Positions 28,577 through 36,970 of a DNA stretch of 64,000 nt are shown piece by piece. The DNA is taken from positions 366,230-430,229 of IMG/VR virus record IMGVR_UViG_3300044796_000657; one strand, written 5' to 3'. The stretch's first letter is position 1. Each line of letters opens with the position of its first letter. The notes below the pieces were generated by a model. That model saw only the letters and a list, made by a program, of their open reading frames with translations, made no database searches and was not told where the DNA came from. A program made the translations under genes and the position numbers.

Positions 28577-28784
28577 TTTATGTGTTTAGACTTTTTAGCC
28601 TTTTGTGTTGTTCTTTTCCTTTTGCTAAGTGTAACAGGACGACCGCACGATCAAAAGAATGATGCTCTTTTCCCGAAACCAAAACCTGTGTCGCCCCGCA
28701 AAGGTCGCAGATTGGAACGAGAGTTATTTCAATGGGTGCGTATAAACTCAATGCGGTTTCACCATTGGCTTTGTGGAATTTTGA

Positions 28785-28857
28785 TGCGATGTCGTCTAGG
28801 CCGGTAGGACAACTGTCTCTGAAGCAGTTTACGAAGGTTCAAATCCTTCCGTCGCAA
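28785..28857 (+). tRNA. tRNA-Gln(CUG)
   Basis: actgt-ct-ctg-aa-gcagt; U1:A72. Confidence 0.9.
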
Positions 28858-28884
28858 CTTTTTACTTAACTAAATAAACTAATC

Positions 28885-29121
28885 ATGAATGTAATCCGTA
28901 GTAAATATTTTTACCAAATCAGTCACTTTATTTCTGGCTCGCCGGAAAATATGCAAAAAGTTGATGAGAACTTTCTGAGGCAAATCGAAGAGATAGCCGG
29001 GATACAGGAAGAGGATGTTTATTCGTGGAGATTCGATGTATACTCACAATACCTCCAAGGGCGTTGTCAGTTGGTCGATGAAAGAATGGGACATGTACTT
29101 GCCGACATAGGACAAGTATGA
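28885..29121 (+). CDS. hypothetical protein
   Basis: ORF between the Gln tRNAs. Confidence 0.55.
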   Translation: MNVIRSKYFYQISHFISGSPENMQKVDENFLRQIEEIAGIQEEDVYSWRFDVYSQYLQGRCQLVDERMGHVLADIGQV

Positions 29122-29194
29122 TGGGGTTTCGTCTAATCTGGTAGGACAACTGTCTTTGGAACAGTCTGTGAAGGTTCAAATCCTTCAACCCCAA
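29122..29194 (+). tRNA. tRNA-Gln(UUG)
   Basis: actgt-ct-ttg-ga-acagt. Confidence 0.9.
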
Positions 29195-29212
29195 TTATAG
29201 GGAGGCGTATAT

Positions 29213-29611
29213 ATGATATGTGAAAGAATGTGGCGCAACTGCATTATTAAGCATCTGAATATTGCTAATATTTGGCGAAATGCTGACGCAGATCGTATCA
29301 AGCCTGCCAAGCAAGACATATTTTGGGTAGAGGCTTCATTGGCCGATGCTTCTTATCTTATGTCTTACGTACACGATGAAGATCATATTAGCCGTATTCG
29401 GTTTGCTATCAAAGGGGTTCAGGTGTCCCCTCGCAAAATGAACTTCATTGTTTCTCGAAATGGGCTTTTTGTTCAATACTATCCGATGTTAAGTTTTGAT
29501 TCGCCGGGGATAAAATGGGAAAAAGTTCATCCATTTTCATTTTCCAGTTTTGCTGAAATGAACAAGAAGATTCCTGTAGTTGCGGAAAAGATTTATTGTG
29601 GTGATTTGTGA
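29213..29611 (+). CDS. hypothetical protein
   Basis: GGAGG SD. Confidence 0.65.
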   Translation: MICERMWRNCIIKHLNIANIWRNADADRIKPAKQDIFWVEASLADASYLMSYVHDEDHISRIRFAIKGVQVSPRKMNFIVSRNGLFVQYYPMLSFDSPGIKWEKVHPFSFSSFAEMNKKIPVVAEKIYCGDL

Positions 29612-29614
29612 TAG

Positions 29615-29688
29615 GGCAACGTGGTGTAGTGGTTTCTGCATGTCTGGTTGTCAACCAGTTGGTGCGAGTTCGATTCTCGTCGTTGTCG
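29615..29688 (+). tRNA. tRNA-Asp(GUC)
   Basis: ctgg-tt-gtc-aa-ccag; G73. Confidence 0.9.
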
Positions 29689-29702
29689 TTTTTAGGTGAA
29701 AG

Positions 29703-29993
29703 ATGAAGAGTTTATCCGAAATATACTCGGAAGTTAAGAAGGTGCCTTTTCGGGTGCGAAATGTTGAGACGAATGAAGATTGGTTTATTGTGATGGTAAC
29801 TTTGGCACAAAATCGTCCGGTGATAATGTCGGCAATAAGATTAGAGGGATGTTCGTTTACGAAATATCAATATTCAGCTAGTCATAAAGTATATGCTTTG
29901 TTATCATCAAAAGAAGAATGTGTTTTTTGGCAAGGCTTAAGTCATCAACAGGCTACTTTCAGGGCTAAATCCTTTTATCGCAGGGCATCATGA
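29703..29993 (+). CDS. hypothetical protein
   Basis: PFRVRNVET motif shared with the next gene. Confidence 0.55.
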   Translation: MKSLSEIYSEVKKVPFRVRNVETNEDWFIVMVTLAQNRPVIMSAIRLEGCSFTKYQYSASHKVYALLSSKEECVFWQGLSHQQATFRAKSFYRRAS

Positions 29994-30358
29994 CACCGAA
30001 AAGTATTGCCCAATTATGGGTAGAGCTTAATGGCCCAACATCTTTTCGAGTGAGGGATATTAATACATTGGAAGACTTTGTAACTTGTTACAAATATGAA
30101 TGGAAATGTGAAAATGGCGTTCCAGTATTAGTGGCTTTGGAAGCTGCCGATAATATGGAAAAGTCCATGATCAAAATAGATGCTAATGAAAAAAGATTTG
30201 CATTACTTTCAACGCTGCCTGAAATTAAGAAATACACAGAAATGCCTCCGTCAACTTGTGTATACTTTGTAAAAGGTGAATATCGTAAAGCAAAAGAAAA
30301 GATTGCGAAAGAAGCGAGACAACCTGTTCATAGCACTTATGAGCATGATTATAGTTAA
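29990..30358 (+). CDS. hypothetical protein
   Basis: SFRVRDINT motif; possible tandem paralog of the previous gene. Confidence 0.55.
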   Translation: MTPKSIAQLWVELNGPTSFRVRDINTLEDFVTCYKYEWKCENGVPVLVALEAADNMEKSMIKIDANEKRFALLSTLPEIKKYTEMPPSTCVYFVKGEYRKAKEKIAKEARQPVHSTYEHDYS

Positions 30359-30361
30359 TAT

Positions 30362-30434
30362 GGTGGATATGGTGTAGTGGTCTGCACAAATGTTTGTGAA
30401 GCAAAAGGTGCGAGTTCGATCCTCGTTATCCACC
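30362..30434 (+). tRNA. tRNA-His(GUG)
   Basis: loop tt-gtg-aa; encoded G-1:C73. Confidence 0.88.
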
Positions 30435-30454
30435 CTTTTTTATAGAGAGAAATC

Positions 30455-30889
30455 ATGCGATATACTAAAAAGTTCAGCAGTGTTGCTGCCGAAGAAGTAA
30501 AGGCCAGAGAGAGCATAAGAAAAATGTTTCATAAGGACATCAAATCAGATAAGATATTCAAAAGAATAATCAAAAAACAAGCTACTGCAATTTCGGAAGC
30601 AGAGCATGCACTTAGACTTGCTAGACTTTCAAGAGCTGGACTCAGTGCCCAAGCTAGTCGGATATTACAAGTTAATAATTTGTTGCCTGTATCAATGGTG
30701 GTGTTGAATAACGCTGTCATTGGAAAGACGGTTGCCAATGCCGAATCGGAGTTGAAAAAAATGGGTTATGAAATGCGAGTCGTCATGGATGATGGGGAAA
30801 GATTGGTTGTGACGGAAGACTTGCATAATCGCCGGGCGAATGTTGAAAAGCTCAACAACACGATCATGAGAGTTATTGACGTACGTTAA
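30455..30889 (+). CDS. hypothetical protein with possible I78/potato-inhibitor-like C-terminal domain
   Basis: GYEMRVVMDDGERLVVTEDLHNRRANV. Confidence 0.5.
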   Translation: MRYTKKFSSVAAEEVKARESIRKMFHKDIKSDKIFKRIIKKQATAISEAEHALRLARLSRAGLSAQASRILQVNNLLPVSMVVLNNAVIGKTVANAESELKKMGYEMRVVMDDGERLVVTEDLHNRRANVEKLNNTIMRVIDVR

Positions 30890-30996
30890 CTGGTTGTAGT
30901 TTATCGACGGTTAAAATTACAATTAGGGAAAACGTGACTAATCCAAGTTATGTTGCCCATATAATTGAGAAACGGGTTCAAATCCCGTCAGCCAGA
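30890..30996 (+). ncRNA. tRNA-like RNA with long extended anticodon arm
   Basis: ctggttg/cagccag acceptor, D-loop GG, T-arm acggg-ttcaaat-cccgt, long irregular middle stem. Confidence 0.65.
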
Positions 30997-31024
30997 TTTT
31001 TGATAGTTTTCACTAACTTAAGTT

Positions 31025-31276
31025 ATGGAATCAATCAAACAAAAACACGTTGACCCTGTTTGGGGTGAATGTACTCTAATTTTCGCACCAGAAGCCGCCC
31101 AAGATATGGCTATGTACCAAATGATGTCCGACATGCCAAGATCGGGTGAAATTAGGGAACAAGAGGTAAAAGATTGGCGAACAATTAATAGTTTGATTTC
31201 AGAATTGTACTGGACAACAGATTTCAAATATGGTAGTATTGATGGGGAATTAGACCCCTTTGGATACTACGAATGA
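31025..31276 (+). CDS. hypothetical protein
   Basis: ORF coupled to nadD. Confidence 0.55.
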   Translation: MESIKQKHVDPVWGECTLIFAPEAAQDMAMYQMMSDMPRSGEIREQEVKDWRTINSLISELYWTTDFKYGSIDGELDPFGYYE

Positions 31277-31836
31277 AAATCAGTATTTTGGGTCTGTCAG
31301 CCAATCCAGTTACAAATGGGCACATAGGTGTTTCTGAACTTATTGTAGCTTCGGGTGCTGTTGATGAAGTATGGTTTTTGCCTTGCTATCATCACATGTA
31401 CGGCAAAGACTTGATTGATTCGTCGCATCGGCTCAAAATGTGCGAGTTGGCAGGAGTTAAGGTTTGTGATTGGGAAGTCAAAAATGGAAAATCTGGTAAG
31501 ACCTACGAAACTGTCGTCGGTTTGAAGAAGGAATTTCCCGAACATGAATTCTCTTGGATTATTGGCTCTGACAACGCAGACACAATACACAAATGGTACA
31601 ACTACGAAGAATTGGTGAATACAATTCCGTTCCTAGTTGTCCAAAGAGCGGGTAGTCCACTAAAAGGCGGCTGGTACGATTATCCCCCGCACAAAGTCAT
31701 TCCCACGAAATGGGTAAATGAAATAAGCTCCACTTTGGTGAGAGCAATGGTCAAGAGTGGCGATCCCAAAGTTGTTGATCTTGTACCGGCGAGTGTCCTA
31801 GATTACATTCGCAAACACAATTTTTACAAAGGTTAA
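31273..31836 (+). CDS. nadD: nicotinate-nucleotide adenylyltransferase
   Basis: GLSANPVTNGH, RLKMCEL, WIIGSDN, EISSTLVR. Confidence 0.88.
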   Translation: MKISILGLSANPVTNGHIGVSELIVASGAVDEVWFLPCYHHMYGKDLIDSSHRLKMCELAGVKVCDWEVKNGKSGKTYETVVGLKKEFPEHEFSWIIGSDNADTIHKWYNYEELVNTIPFLVVQRAGSPLKGGWYDYPPHKVIPTKWVNEISSTLVRAMVKSGDPKVVDLVPASVLDYIRKHNFYKG

Positions 31837-31837
31837 T

Positions 31838-32185
31838 ATGAAAGTCACCATCACCCCCAAAGCCGTTGCCGAAGTTCGTCGTATTATTACCGAACAATTG
31901 GCAGAAGAAACCAAAGAAAACGAAAAGACTTATCTGCGGATTCGGGTTCAAGGCGGTGGCTGTTCTGGCTTCCAACACAAATTGGATTTGTCCAGTGAAA
32001 TCAACGAAAAGATCGACACCGTCATGGTTGTCGAAGGCGTTGATGTGGTTATTGATAAGAGAAGTGCCTTGTATCTGGATGGCGTGGTTGTGGATTTCTT
32101 GGATGAAATTAACAACCGTGGATTCAGTGTCAAAAATCCGAATTCCAAAGGTACATGCGGTTGTGGTAGCTCCTTCACAATGTAA
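31838..32185 (+). CDS. iscA: HesB/IscA-type Fe-S cluster carrier
   Basis: VQGGGCSGF and KGTCGCGSSF. Confidence 0.92.
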   Translation: MKVTITPKAVAEVRRIITEQLAEETKENEKTYLRIRVQGGGCSGFQHKLDLSSEINEKIDTVMVVEGVDVVIDKRSALYLDGVVVDFLDEINNRGFSVKNPNSKGTCGCGSSFTM

Positions 32186-32194
32186 GGCGATCCA

Positions 32195-32467
32195 ATGAGC
32201 AAGTTAAAAAAAGGCAGAACCATTTATTTGGCTTGTTCTGCCACAGTGGCTTACTTGGATAAAAATAAAACGTACTATTTCAGTGGCACTTGGTCGGTTG
32301 AGCCGTTTGAAACTCATTGGAGTGCTGACGAATATCTCAAGACCTTGAAAGCAAAATACAAGGATAGGATTTGGGAGCCGTTAACTGTTCAGGGTCGTAA
32401 GGGTATCGGCAGTTGGGCACATGGAGATTGTTGGTTTTTATTCGTTGACACCAAAATAATGAAATGA
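32195..32467 (+). CDS. hypothetical protein
   Basis: ORF in operon. Confidence 0.55.
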   Translation: MSKLKKGRTIYLACSATVAYLDKNKTYYFSGTWSVEPFETHWSADEYLKTLKAKYKDRIWEPLTVQGRKGIGSWAHGDCWFLFVDTKIMK

Positions 32468-32473
32468 GTCACA

Positions 32474-32725
32474 ATGAAAATCACAAAAGAAAACTTGTTG
32501 GCTTTTGGGTTCAAAGAACTTGAAGGTCGTGAAGACTGCTACAGTTTACAATCCAAGGATACATCTTTTTTGATTATGCTTTTGAGGGATGGATGGGATT
32601 TCAGTGGGCATATCGTTACTGAAATGGCCGAATTGGTTTCATGGGCATATCAAGATGGATGGATAGATGGTAAATACAGAGTAGAAGCAAAATTGGCGGC
32701 GTTCATGGATTTGGATAAGGAATAA
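32474..32725 (+). CDS. hypothetical protein
   Basis: ORF in operon. Confidence 0.55.
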   Translation: MKITKENLLAFGFKELEGREDCYSLQSKDTSFLIMLLRDGWDFSGHIVTEMAELVSWAYQDGWIDGKYRVEAKLAAFMDLDKE

Positions 32726-32726
32726 T

Positions 32727-33056
32727 ATGGGTTTTGGAGTTTTTGGTTGTTGTTGTAAAGATTGTAGTGCCGAATGGAATGTCGTTACTACCGATCATTT
32801 GAATGACCACTTCTGCCCAAATTGTATCTCGGAGAATGTTAATGTTCTCAACAGGTCTGTTCCTTTCTGCGTGAATGACGGTTTGCCGCCCGATCATGTC
32901 TATAACTGTATTTGCGGTAAAGTTTTTCAACGTCAACCCGATGCGGACTTCGATCCGTTCGTTAAAGATGTTGAAAAAATAAGAAAACAATTATGTGTTC
33001 AATGCCCTTACTGCAAAAGGCGTAATGATCACGAATTGGGTTGGTATGTACCATAA
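32727..33056 (+). CDS. Cys-rich zinc-finger protein
   Basis: Several CxxC pairs. Confidence 0.6.
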   Translation: MGFGVFGCCCKDCSAEWNVVTTDHLNDHFCPNCISENVNVLNRSVPFCVNDGLPPDHVYNCICGKVFQRQPDADFDPFVKDVEKIRKQLCVQCPYCKRRNDHELGWYVP

Positions 33057-33137
33057 GGATCTGCTTACTAAGTGGGATTAGTACCCGGCTGTAACCCGGT
33101 TGCCAAGTGCTAAGGAGTTCAATTCTTCACAGATCCA
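33057..33137 (+). tRNA. tRNA-Tyr(GUA)
   Basis: ccgg-ct-gta-ac-ccgg; long variable arm. Confidence 0.85.
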
Positions 33138-33207
33138 TTTGATTTCGGTTGAGCAAAAGTAGGTTAATTTCTTCAAAAAAATGCATACATACCACAGGAG
33201 GTTTGTG

Positions 33208-33600
33208 ATGCATAAAAAAAGAAAAAACCTAATGGGACGTATGAAGCACAACGTCGCAGAAGCAGCTGCCGGTCAATGCCCCGATTCTAACGAATTGAAG
33301 GGTGATAATATTCCAGACCATAAGATGTTTCACAAAGCCCCTAAAGCTAAAAAAGGCAAAAAGGGTAAGATGAAAGCTAAGATGGGCAAGAAAGCCCATA
33401 TGAAGCGGAATGTTAAGGCTAAGATGAAACGTCGTAATGCTAAGGCTAAAATGAAGCATCGTAATGCTCAAGCCAGTCAATGGCATTTAGTCAAGAAGAA
33501 TAATGGCGAATGTAAGTGTACACAAAACTTACGTCGTCGTCTCTCTTTGAGGAAATTTACTACGCAGAGCGAATGTGAAAATCATCGCAGCGGTTGCTAA
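33208..33600 (+). CDS. Lys-rich basic protein with C-terminal 4-Cys domain
   Basis: AGGAGG SD; KAKMK repeats; paralog of 55602-55919. Confidence 0.7.
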   Translation: MHKKRKNLMGRMKHNVAEAAAGQCPDSNELKGDNIPDHKMFHKAPKAKKGKKGKMKAKMGKKAHMKRNVKAKMKRRNAKAKMKHRNAQASQWHLVKKNNGECKCTQNLRRRLSLRKFTTQSECENHRSGC

Positions 33601-33612
33601 ATTGCTTCTACA

Positions 33613-33640
33613 AGGGAGGCTGAGTCCTCCCTGTTTTATT
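33613..33640 (+). terminator. intrinsic terminator
   Basis: agggagg-ctgagt-cctccct-gttttattt. Confidence 0.6.
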
Positions 33641-33644
33641 TAAC

Positions 33645-33718
33645 GGGCCTATAGTTCAACCGGGGAGAACATCCAACAGGAATGTTGGAAGGTCGAGGTT
33701 CAAATCCTCATAAGCCCA
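33645..33718 (+). ncRNA. tRNA-like RNA with GGAA-capped 7-bp arm instead of a 7-nt anticodon loop
   Basis: gggccta/taagccc, D-arm gttc/gaac, tccaaca-ggaa-tgttgga, T-arm. Confidence 0.7.
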
Positions 33719-33722
33719 CTTT

Positions 33723-33793
33723 GCTTTCATAGTATAATGGTATTACCCTAATTCGGTAAATTAGAAACCTGCGTTCGATTCGCAGTGAAAGCT
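33723..33793 (+). tRNA. tRNA-Thr(GGU), C33
   Basis: ctaat-tc-ggt-aa-attag. Confidence 0.8.
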
Positions 33794-33798
33794 CTCTC

Positions 33799-33869
33799 GC
33801 TTCCATAGTATATTGGTATTATTCTTCCTTCGTACAGAAGAGATAGTGGTTCGATTCCACTTGGAAGCC
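33799..33869 (+). tRNA. tRNA-Thr(CGU)
   Basis: loop tt-cgt-ac. Confidence 0.8.
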
Positions 33870-33881
33870 CTTGGTTAATTT

Positions 33882-33954
33882 GCCTCAGCAGCACAAAGGC
33901 AGGTGCACCGCTCTTGTAAGGCGGAACTTGTGGGTTCGACTCCCACCTGTGGCT
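33882..33954 (+). tRNA. tRNA-Thr(UGU)
   Basis: ccgct-ct-tgt-aa-ggcgg. Confidence 0.88.
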
Positions 33955-33956
33955 CT

Positions 33957-34550
33957 ATGAAGATGTCAAGAAGTGATGCGGGCAAGTTAGGACACTTAGC
34001 ATCCAAAGAAATACAACAAAAAAATAGAGATTTAATCGTTAACCAATACGAGCAACATCCTAATCTATGTTTGTATTGTCAAGAAGCATTGCCTTATAAA
34101 AAAAGATTTAATGTTTTTTGTAATCATTCATGTTCTGCTAAAAAGAATAATCGCAACATCGATAAACCTTGTTTGAATTGCAATACAATAACTAAAAATC
34201 CTGTATATTGTACAAAAAAATGCGCCAATGAATATCGCTGGAATGTGATATATCAAAAAATCACAACAGAAGGCAAGCTCTTGAATATTCCTAGTGGTTA
34301 TGGCTATAATGCCGTAGTCTCTAAAAGATATTTAGTAGAAACCCGTGGTCATTGTTGTGAAATATGTAAAGGCGATACTTGGATGGGTAAACCAATGCCA
34401 TTAGTTTTAGATCATATTAACGGTAATCCTACTAATCATAATTTGGACAATGTTAGGCTTGTTTGTGGAAATTGTAATATGCAGCTTCCAACCTTTTGTG
34501 GTAAAAATATAGGCAATGGCCGAACGAAACATCGTGAGACGAATAAATGA
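33957..34550 (+). CDS. HNH endonuclease with N-terminal Zn-binding repeats
   Basis: CEIC..LVLDHINGNPTNHNLDNVRLVCGNC. Confidence 0.88.
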   Translation: MKMSRSDAGKLGHLASKEIQQKNRDLIVNQYEQHPNLCLYCQEALPYKKRFNVFCNHSCSAKKNNRNIDKPCLNCNTITKNPVYCTKKCANEYRWNVIYQKITTEGKLLNIPSGYGYNAVVSKRYLVETRGHCCEICKGDTWMGKPMPLVLDHINGNPTNHNLDNVRLVCGNCNMQLPTFCGKNIGNGRTKHRETNK

Positions 34551-34837
34551 TTACTTGTCATGGCTGCGGGATACTGAAAGATCAAACTATTCTGGAAATC
34601 TATCCATATCCAGAAGAAGATAGTTTGTGTGATGAGCCAATAGAGCCGACACTTGAATTGGATTGTTGTCCTAATCCGGGCAGTACTGGTGATCGTGGTT
34701 GGAAGAAAGTAACGGTTTGTCACGAGTGTTTTCACAAGTTGCAACCTGATATGTGGATTAGTGAACAGTGTTGGGAGAAGATTAACCCAACAACATTATT
34801 TGATCAGTTGCCACCATTGTACGGGACTTTAGCATAA
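34547..34837 (+). CDS. Cys-rich hypothetical protein
   Basis: CHGC, CHEC; ends GTLA inside a tRNA-derived repeat. Confidence 0.6.
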   Translation: MITCHGCGILKDQTILEIYPYPEEDSLCDEPIEPTLELDCCPNPGSTGDRGWKKVTVCHECFHKLQPDMWISEQCWEKINPTTLFDQLPPLYGTLA

Positions 34838-35165
34838 CGGCAGTGTTCAATTTCTTTATCAACTTTGAAAGTTAATGTGATTTATGGCTCGTCCTCCTGA
34901 ATTTGATAAACACGCAGAATTAATTACTGATTACATTCGTAAGATGGGACTTTACGGGGTAACGCAAGAAATTCGCTTTGCTTTAACTGCTATTTTTGTC
35001 AACGATATTAATGATGATGAATTGTTTCATAAAGTAATGAAAGCATTGGAATCTTTCCAAGACGAATTAGGTAAAATTCAAGAAGATCGTATGAGTAATA
35101 GGAAAAAAGATCAACCTATTTATCCAATTGGGACAGTTATCGGGACTTTAGCATAACGGCAGTGT
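34822..35165 (+). repeat. 25-bp direct repeat of a tRNA 5' end (34822-34846 and 35141-35165)
   Basis: cgggactttagcataacggcagtgt occurs twice. Confidence 0.9.
34884..35156 (+). CDS. hypothetical protein between the repeats
   Basis: Ends GTLA in the second repeat. Confidence 0.6.
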   Translation: MARPPEFDKHAELITDYIRKMGLYGVTQEIRFALTAIFVNDINDDELFHKVMKALESFQDELGKIQEDRMSNRKKDQPIYPIGTVIGTLA

Positions 35166-35223
35166 GTTCCGGTAAGACCTACGTGGTTCCGGAATGGTAA
35201 GAGTTCGACTCTCTTAAGTTCCA
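35142..35223 (+). ncRNA. tRNA-like RNA with enlarged anticodon region
   Basis: gggactt/aagttcc, D-arm, ttccgg-16 nt-ccggaa, T-arm aagag-ttcgact-ctctt. Confidence 0.7.
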
Positions 35224-35244
35224 CTAGAACGAATAGATACATCT

Positions 35245-35448
35245 ATGAAAGATAATCTTGTGGCAAATGCCGTCGTTCCTACTATCACACTCAAACAGTT
35301 AAAGCTTAAGAATAATTATGATGACTCTCGTAAGCATCTTGGGCAATACGCAGAAGGTTTTTGGTTTCAGGACAACGTGTACAGATTGCCTTTTTTGAGA
35401 CAGTCGTACGAGGGGAATTATGTTTCCCCGACATTAAATGGAAAATAG
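35245..35448 (+). CDS. small hypothetical protein
   Basis: Stop lies within the 5' end of tRNA-Ser. Confidence 0.45.
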   Translation: MKDNLVANAVVPTITLKQLKLKNNYDDSRKHLGQYAEGFWFQDNVYRLPFLRQSYEGNYVSPTLNGK

Positions 35449-35526
35449 GTAAATGCTGGTTTGTTACGTCAATTTGCTAAATTGATCCGGTTAACCCCGG
35501 CAGAGGTTCGATTCCTCTATTTTCCG
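35440..35526 (+). tRNA. tRNA-Ser(GCU)
   Basis: tcaat-tt-gct-aa-attga; long variable arm; G73. Confidence 0.88.
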
Positions 35527-35529
35527 CTT

Positions 35530-35616
35530 GGAAGGGTTTGCACATTGGTAAGTCAGCTTGTTTGGAAAACAAGTCGACCGTAAAAGGTCGTGCAGGTTCG
35601 ATCCCTGTTCCTTCCG
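35530..35616 (+). tRNA. tRNA-Ser(GGA)
   Basis: cttgt-tt-gga-aa-acaag; long variable arm. Confidence 0.9.
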
Positions 35617-35638
35617 CTCATATTTAATAGGAGTACAG

Positions 35639-35809
35639 ATGAAAGGTAACTTGACTCTGGAAGAGAAATTGGTAATAATACAGAAGGAAATTTTAGATTA
35701 TAAACCTGCTACTAAATGGGAGGCAGCTAATGATCGTACCCTAAAACAGCTCCACGCTGAACAACAGCGACTTGAACGAGCAATTGAAAGAAGAGAACAA
35801 AACGCTTAA
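35639..35809 (+). CDS. small coiled-coil protein
   Basis: AGGAG SD. Confidence 0.55.
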   Translation: MKGNLTLEEKLVIIQKEILDYKPATKWEAANDRTLKQLHAEQQRLERAIERREQNA

Positions 35810-35839
35810 TGTCCATAGTGGCTCTCAACGAGGATTGTA

Positions 35840-36523
35840 GTGAGCAGCAAAAAATCCGCCCGCCGACGAGCTAAGCAACTTCAGCAAATGGCTGATGAGC
35901 AAGTTCGTAAAAATAACAATCAAAATAATCCTCCTCAGCCACAATCAAATCATCCCAAACCAAAACCGAAGCCGAAACAAGCTAATCCGCAACCTCAACC
36001 GCCCAAAAACATTCCGACAGCTAAAGTCGTGGCAATCAGGTGTTTTGAAATTAACTTTCAACTCATTGATGTTGAAGTTCGCAAGACGAGGGATATTCGG
36101 CAGTGGTTTTATCAGCCGGAAGGTCAGCATAGGGCTATTCTTGATACATTGAGATTTGTTGTTAGTGAATCAGAACGATGTATCAAAGCTAGTAATCGTT
36201 TCAAGATGGTGGTAGACGAAGTTAAGTTGTATGAGTGGACTTTGGCAAAGCCCACTATGGATGGTGAAATAGCCACAAAGAAAAACGGTTTACCGATTTT
36301 TGAATGGCATCACCGAAAACAAATTGTCAAGATGCCGGAATCTTTGACAAAAAAGCAACAAAGACAAATTGGCTATGTTGCTGCTACCTTGGACAAATAT
36401 CGACCACTGAAAATTAAGGTCGAGATCGAAGAAATAGGCCAAGAGCTCACCAATGAAGGTGCGGTACCCTTGCATCAAGACAAACAAAAGCAACTTGCCT
36501 TGATGACTGCTGGTGCTTTATAA
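35840..36523 (+). CDS. hypothetical protein with N/Q/P-rich linker
   Basis: 227 aa; GAGGA SD. Confidence 0.7.
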   Translation: MSSKKSARRRAKQLQQMADEQVRKNNNQNNPPQPQSNHPKPKPKPKQANPQPQPPKNIPTAKVVAIRCFEINFQLIDVEVRKTRDIRQWFYQPEGQHRAILDTLRFVVSESERCIKASNRFKMVVDEVKLYEWTLAKPTMDGEIATKKNGLPIFEWHHRKQIVKMPESLTKKQQRQIGYVAATLDKYRPLKIKVEIEEIGQELTNEGAVPLHQDKQKQLALMTAGAL

Positions 36524-36541
36524 TCTCACAAGGAGCGTTTT

Positions 36542-36736
36542 ATGCAATGCCAAATCACGGTTGATGGTGGTAAAGACAAAAAGGCCAAAGAAGTAGCCAC
36601 CCTTCTTGAGTCGGTAATTGCCGAGTACATGTGGAAAAACGCCGACAAATTTGTTGGTATGGAAAATGAAGCAATGAATTTGAAGGTCGTCTTTGGCAAC
36701 AGGGCCATTGACACGAACGTTGGCGAAGTTAGCTAA
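36542..36736 (+). CDS. small hypothetical protein
   Basis: AAGGAG SD. Confidence 0.6.
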   Translation: MQCQITVDGGKDKKAKEVATLLESVIAEYMWKNADKFVGMENEAMNLKVVFGNRAIDTNVGEVS

Positions 36737-36745
36737 GGAGAAGAC

Positions 36746-36970
36746 ATGAGCGAGAAAAACGTACAGGTGCGTTGTCCTGTCTGTGGCATCGTCATGTTGT
36801 GTGATAGCAGTAAGATGCCAGAACACGTTAATCGAATGGATACAAAGAAGCAAACTTGCTATGGAAGCAAGTTGCCTGTGATGGCGGGTTTGTACGGCGA
36901 TTTTTTTCCGGGGGAACTAATTTATCCTAACCCCAATCGTCGTAACAACCCCGCTCAGGGTGGATATTGA
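36746..36970 (+). CDS. small zinc-ribbon protein
   Basis: CPVC; AAGGAG SD. Confidence 0.6.
   Translation: MSEKNVQVRCPVCGIVMLCDSSKMPEHVNRMDTKKQTCYGSKLPVMAGLYGDFFPGELIYPNPNRRNNPAQGGY

Noticed and set aside
30905-30970. Archaeal bulge-helix-bulge intron
   Set aside because: Only one 3-nt bulge and a 3-bp helix; not canonical BHB geometry.
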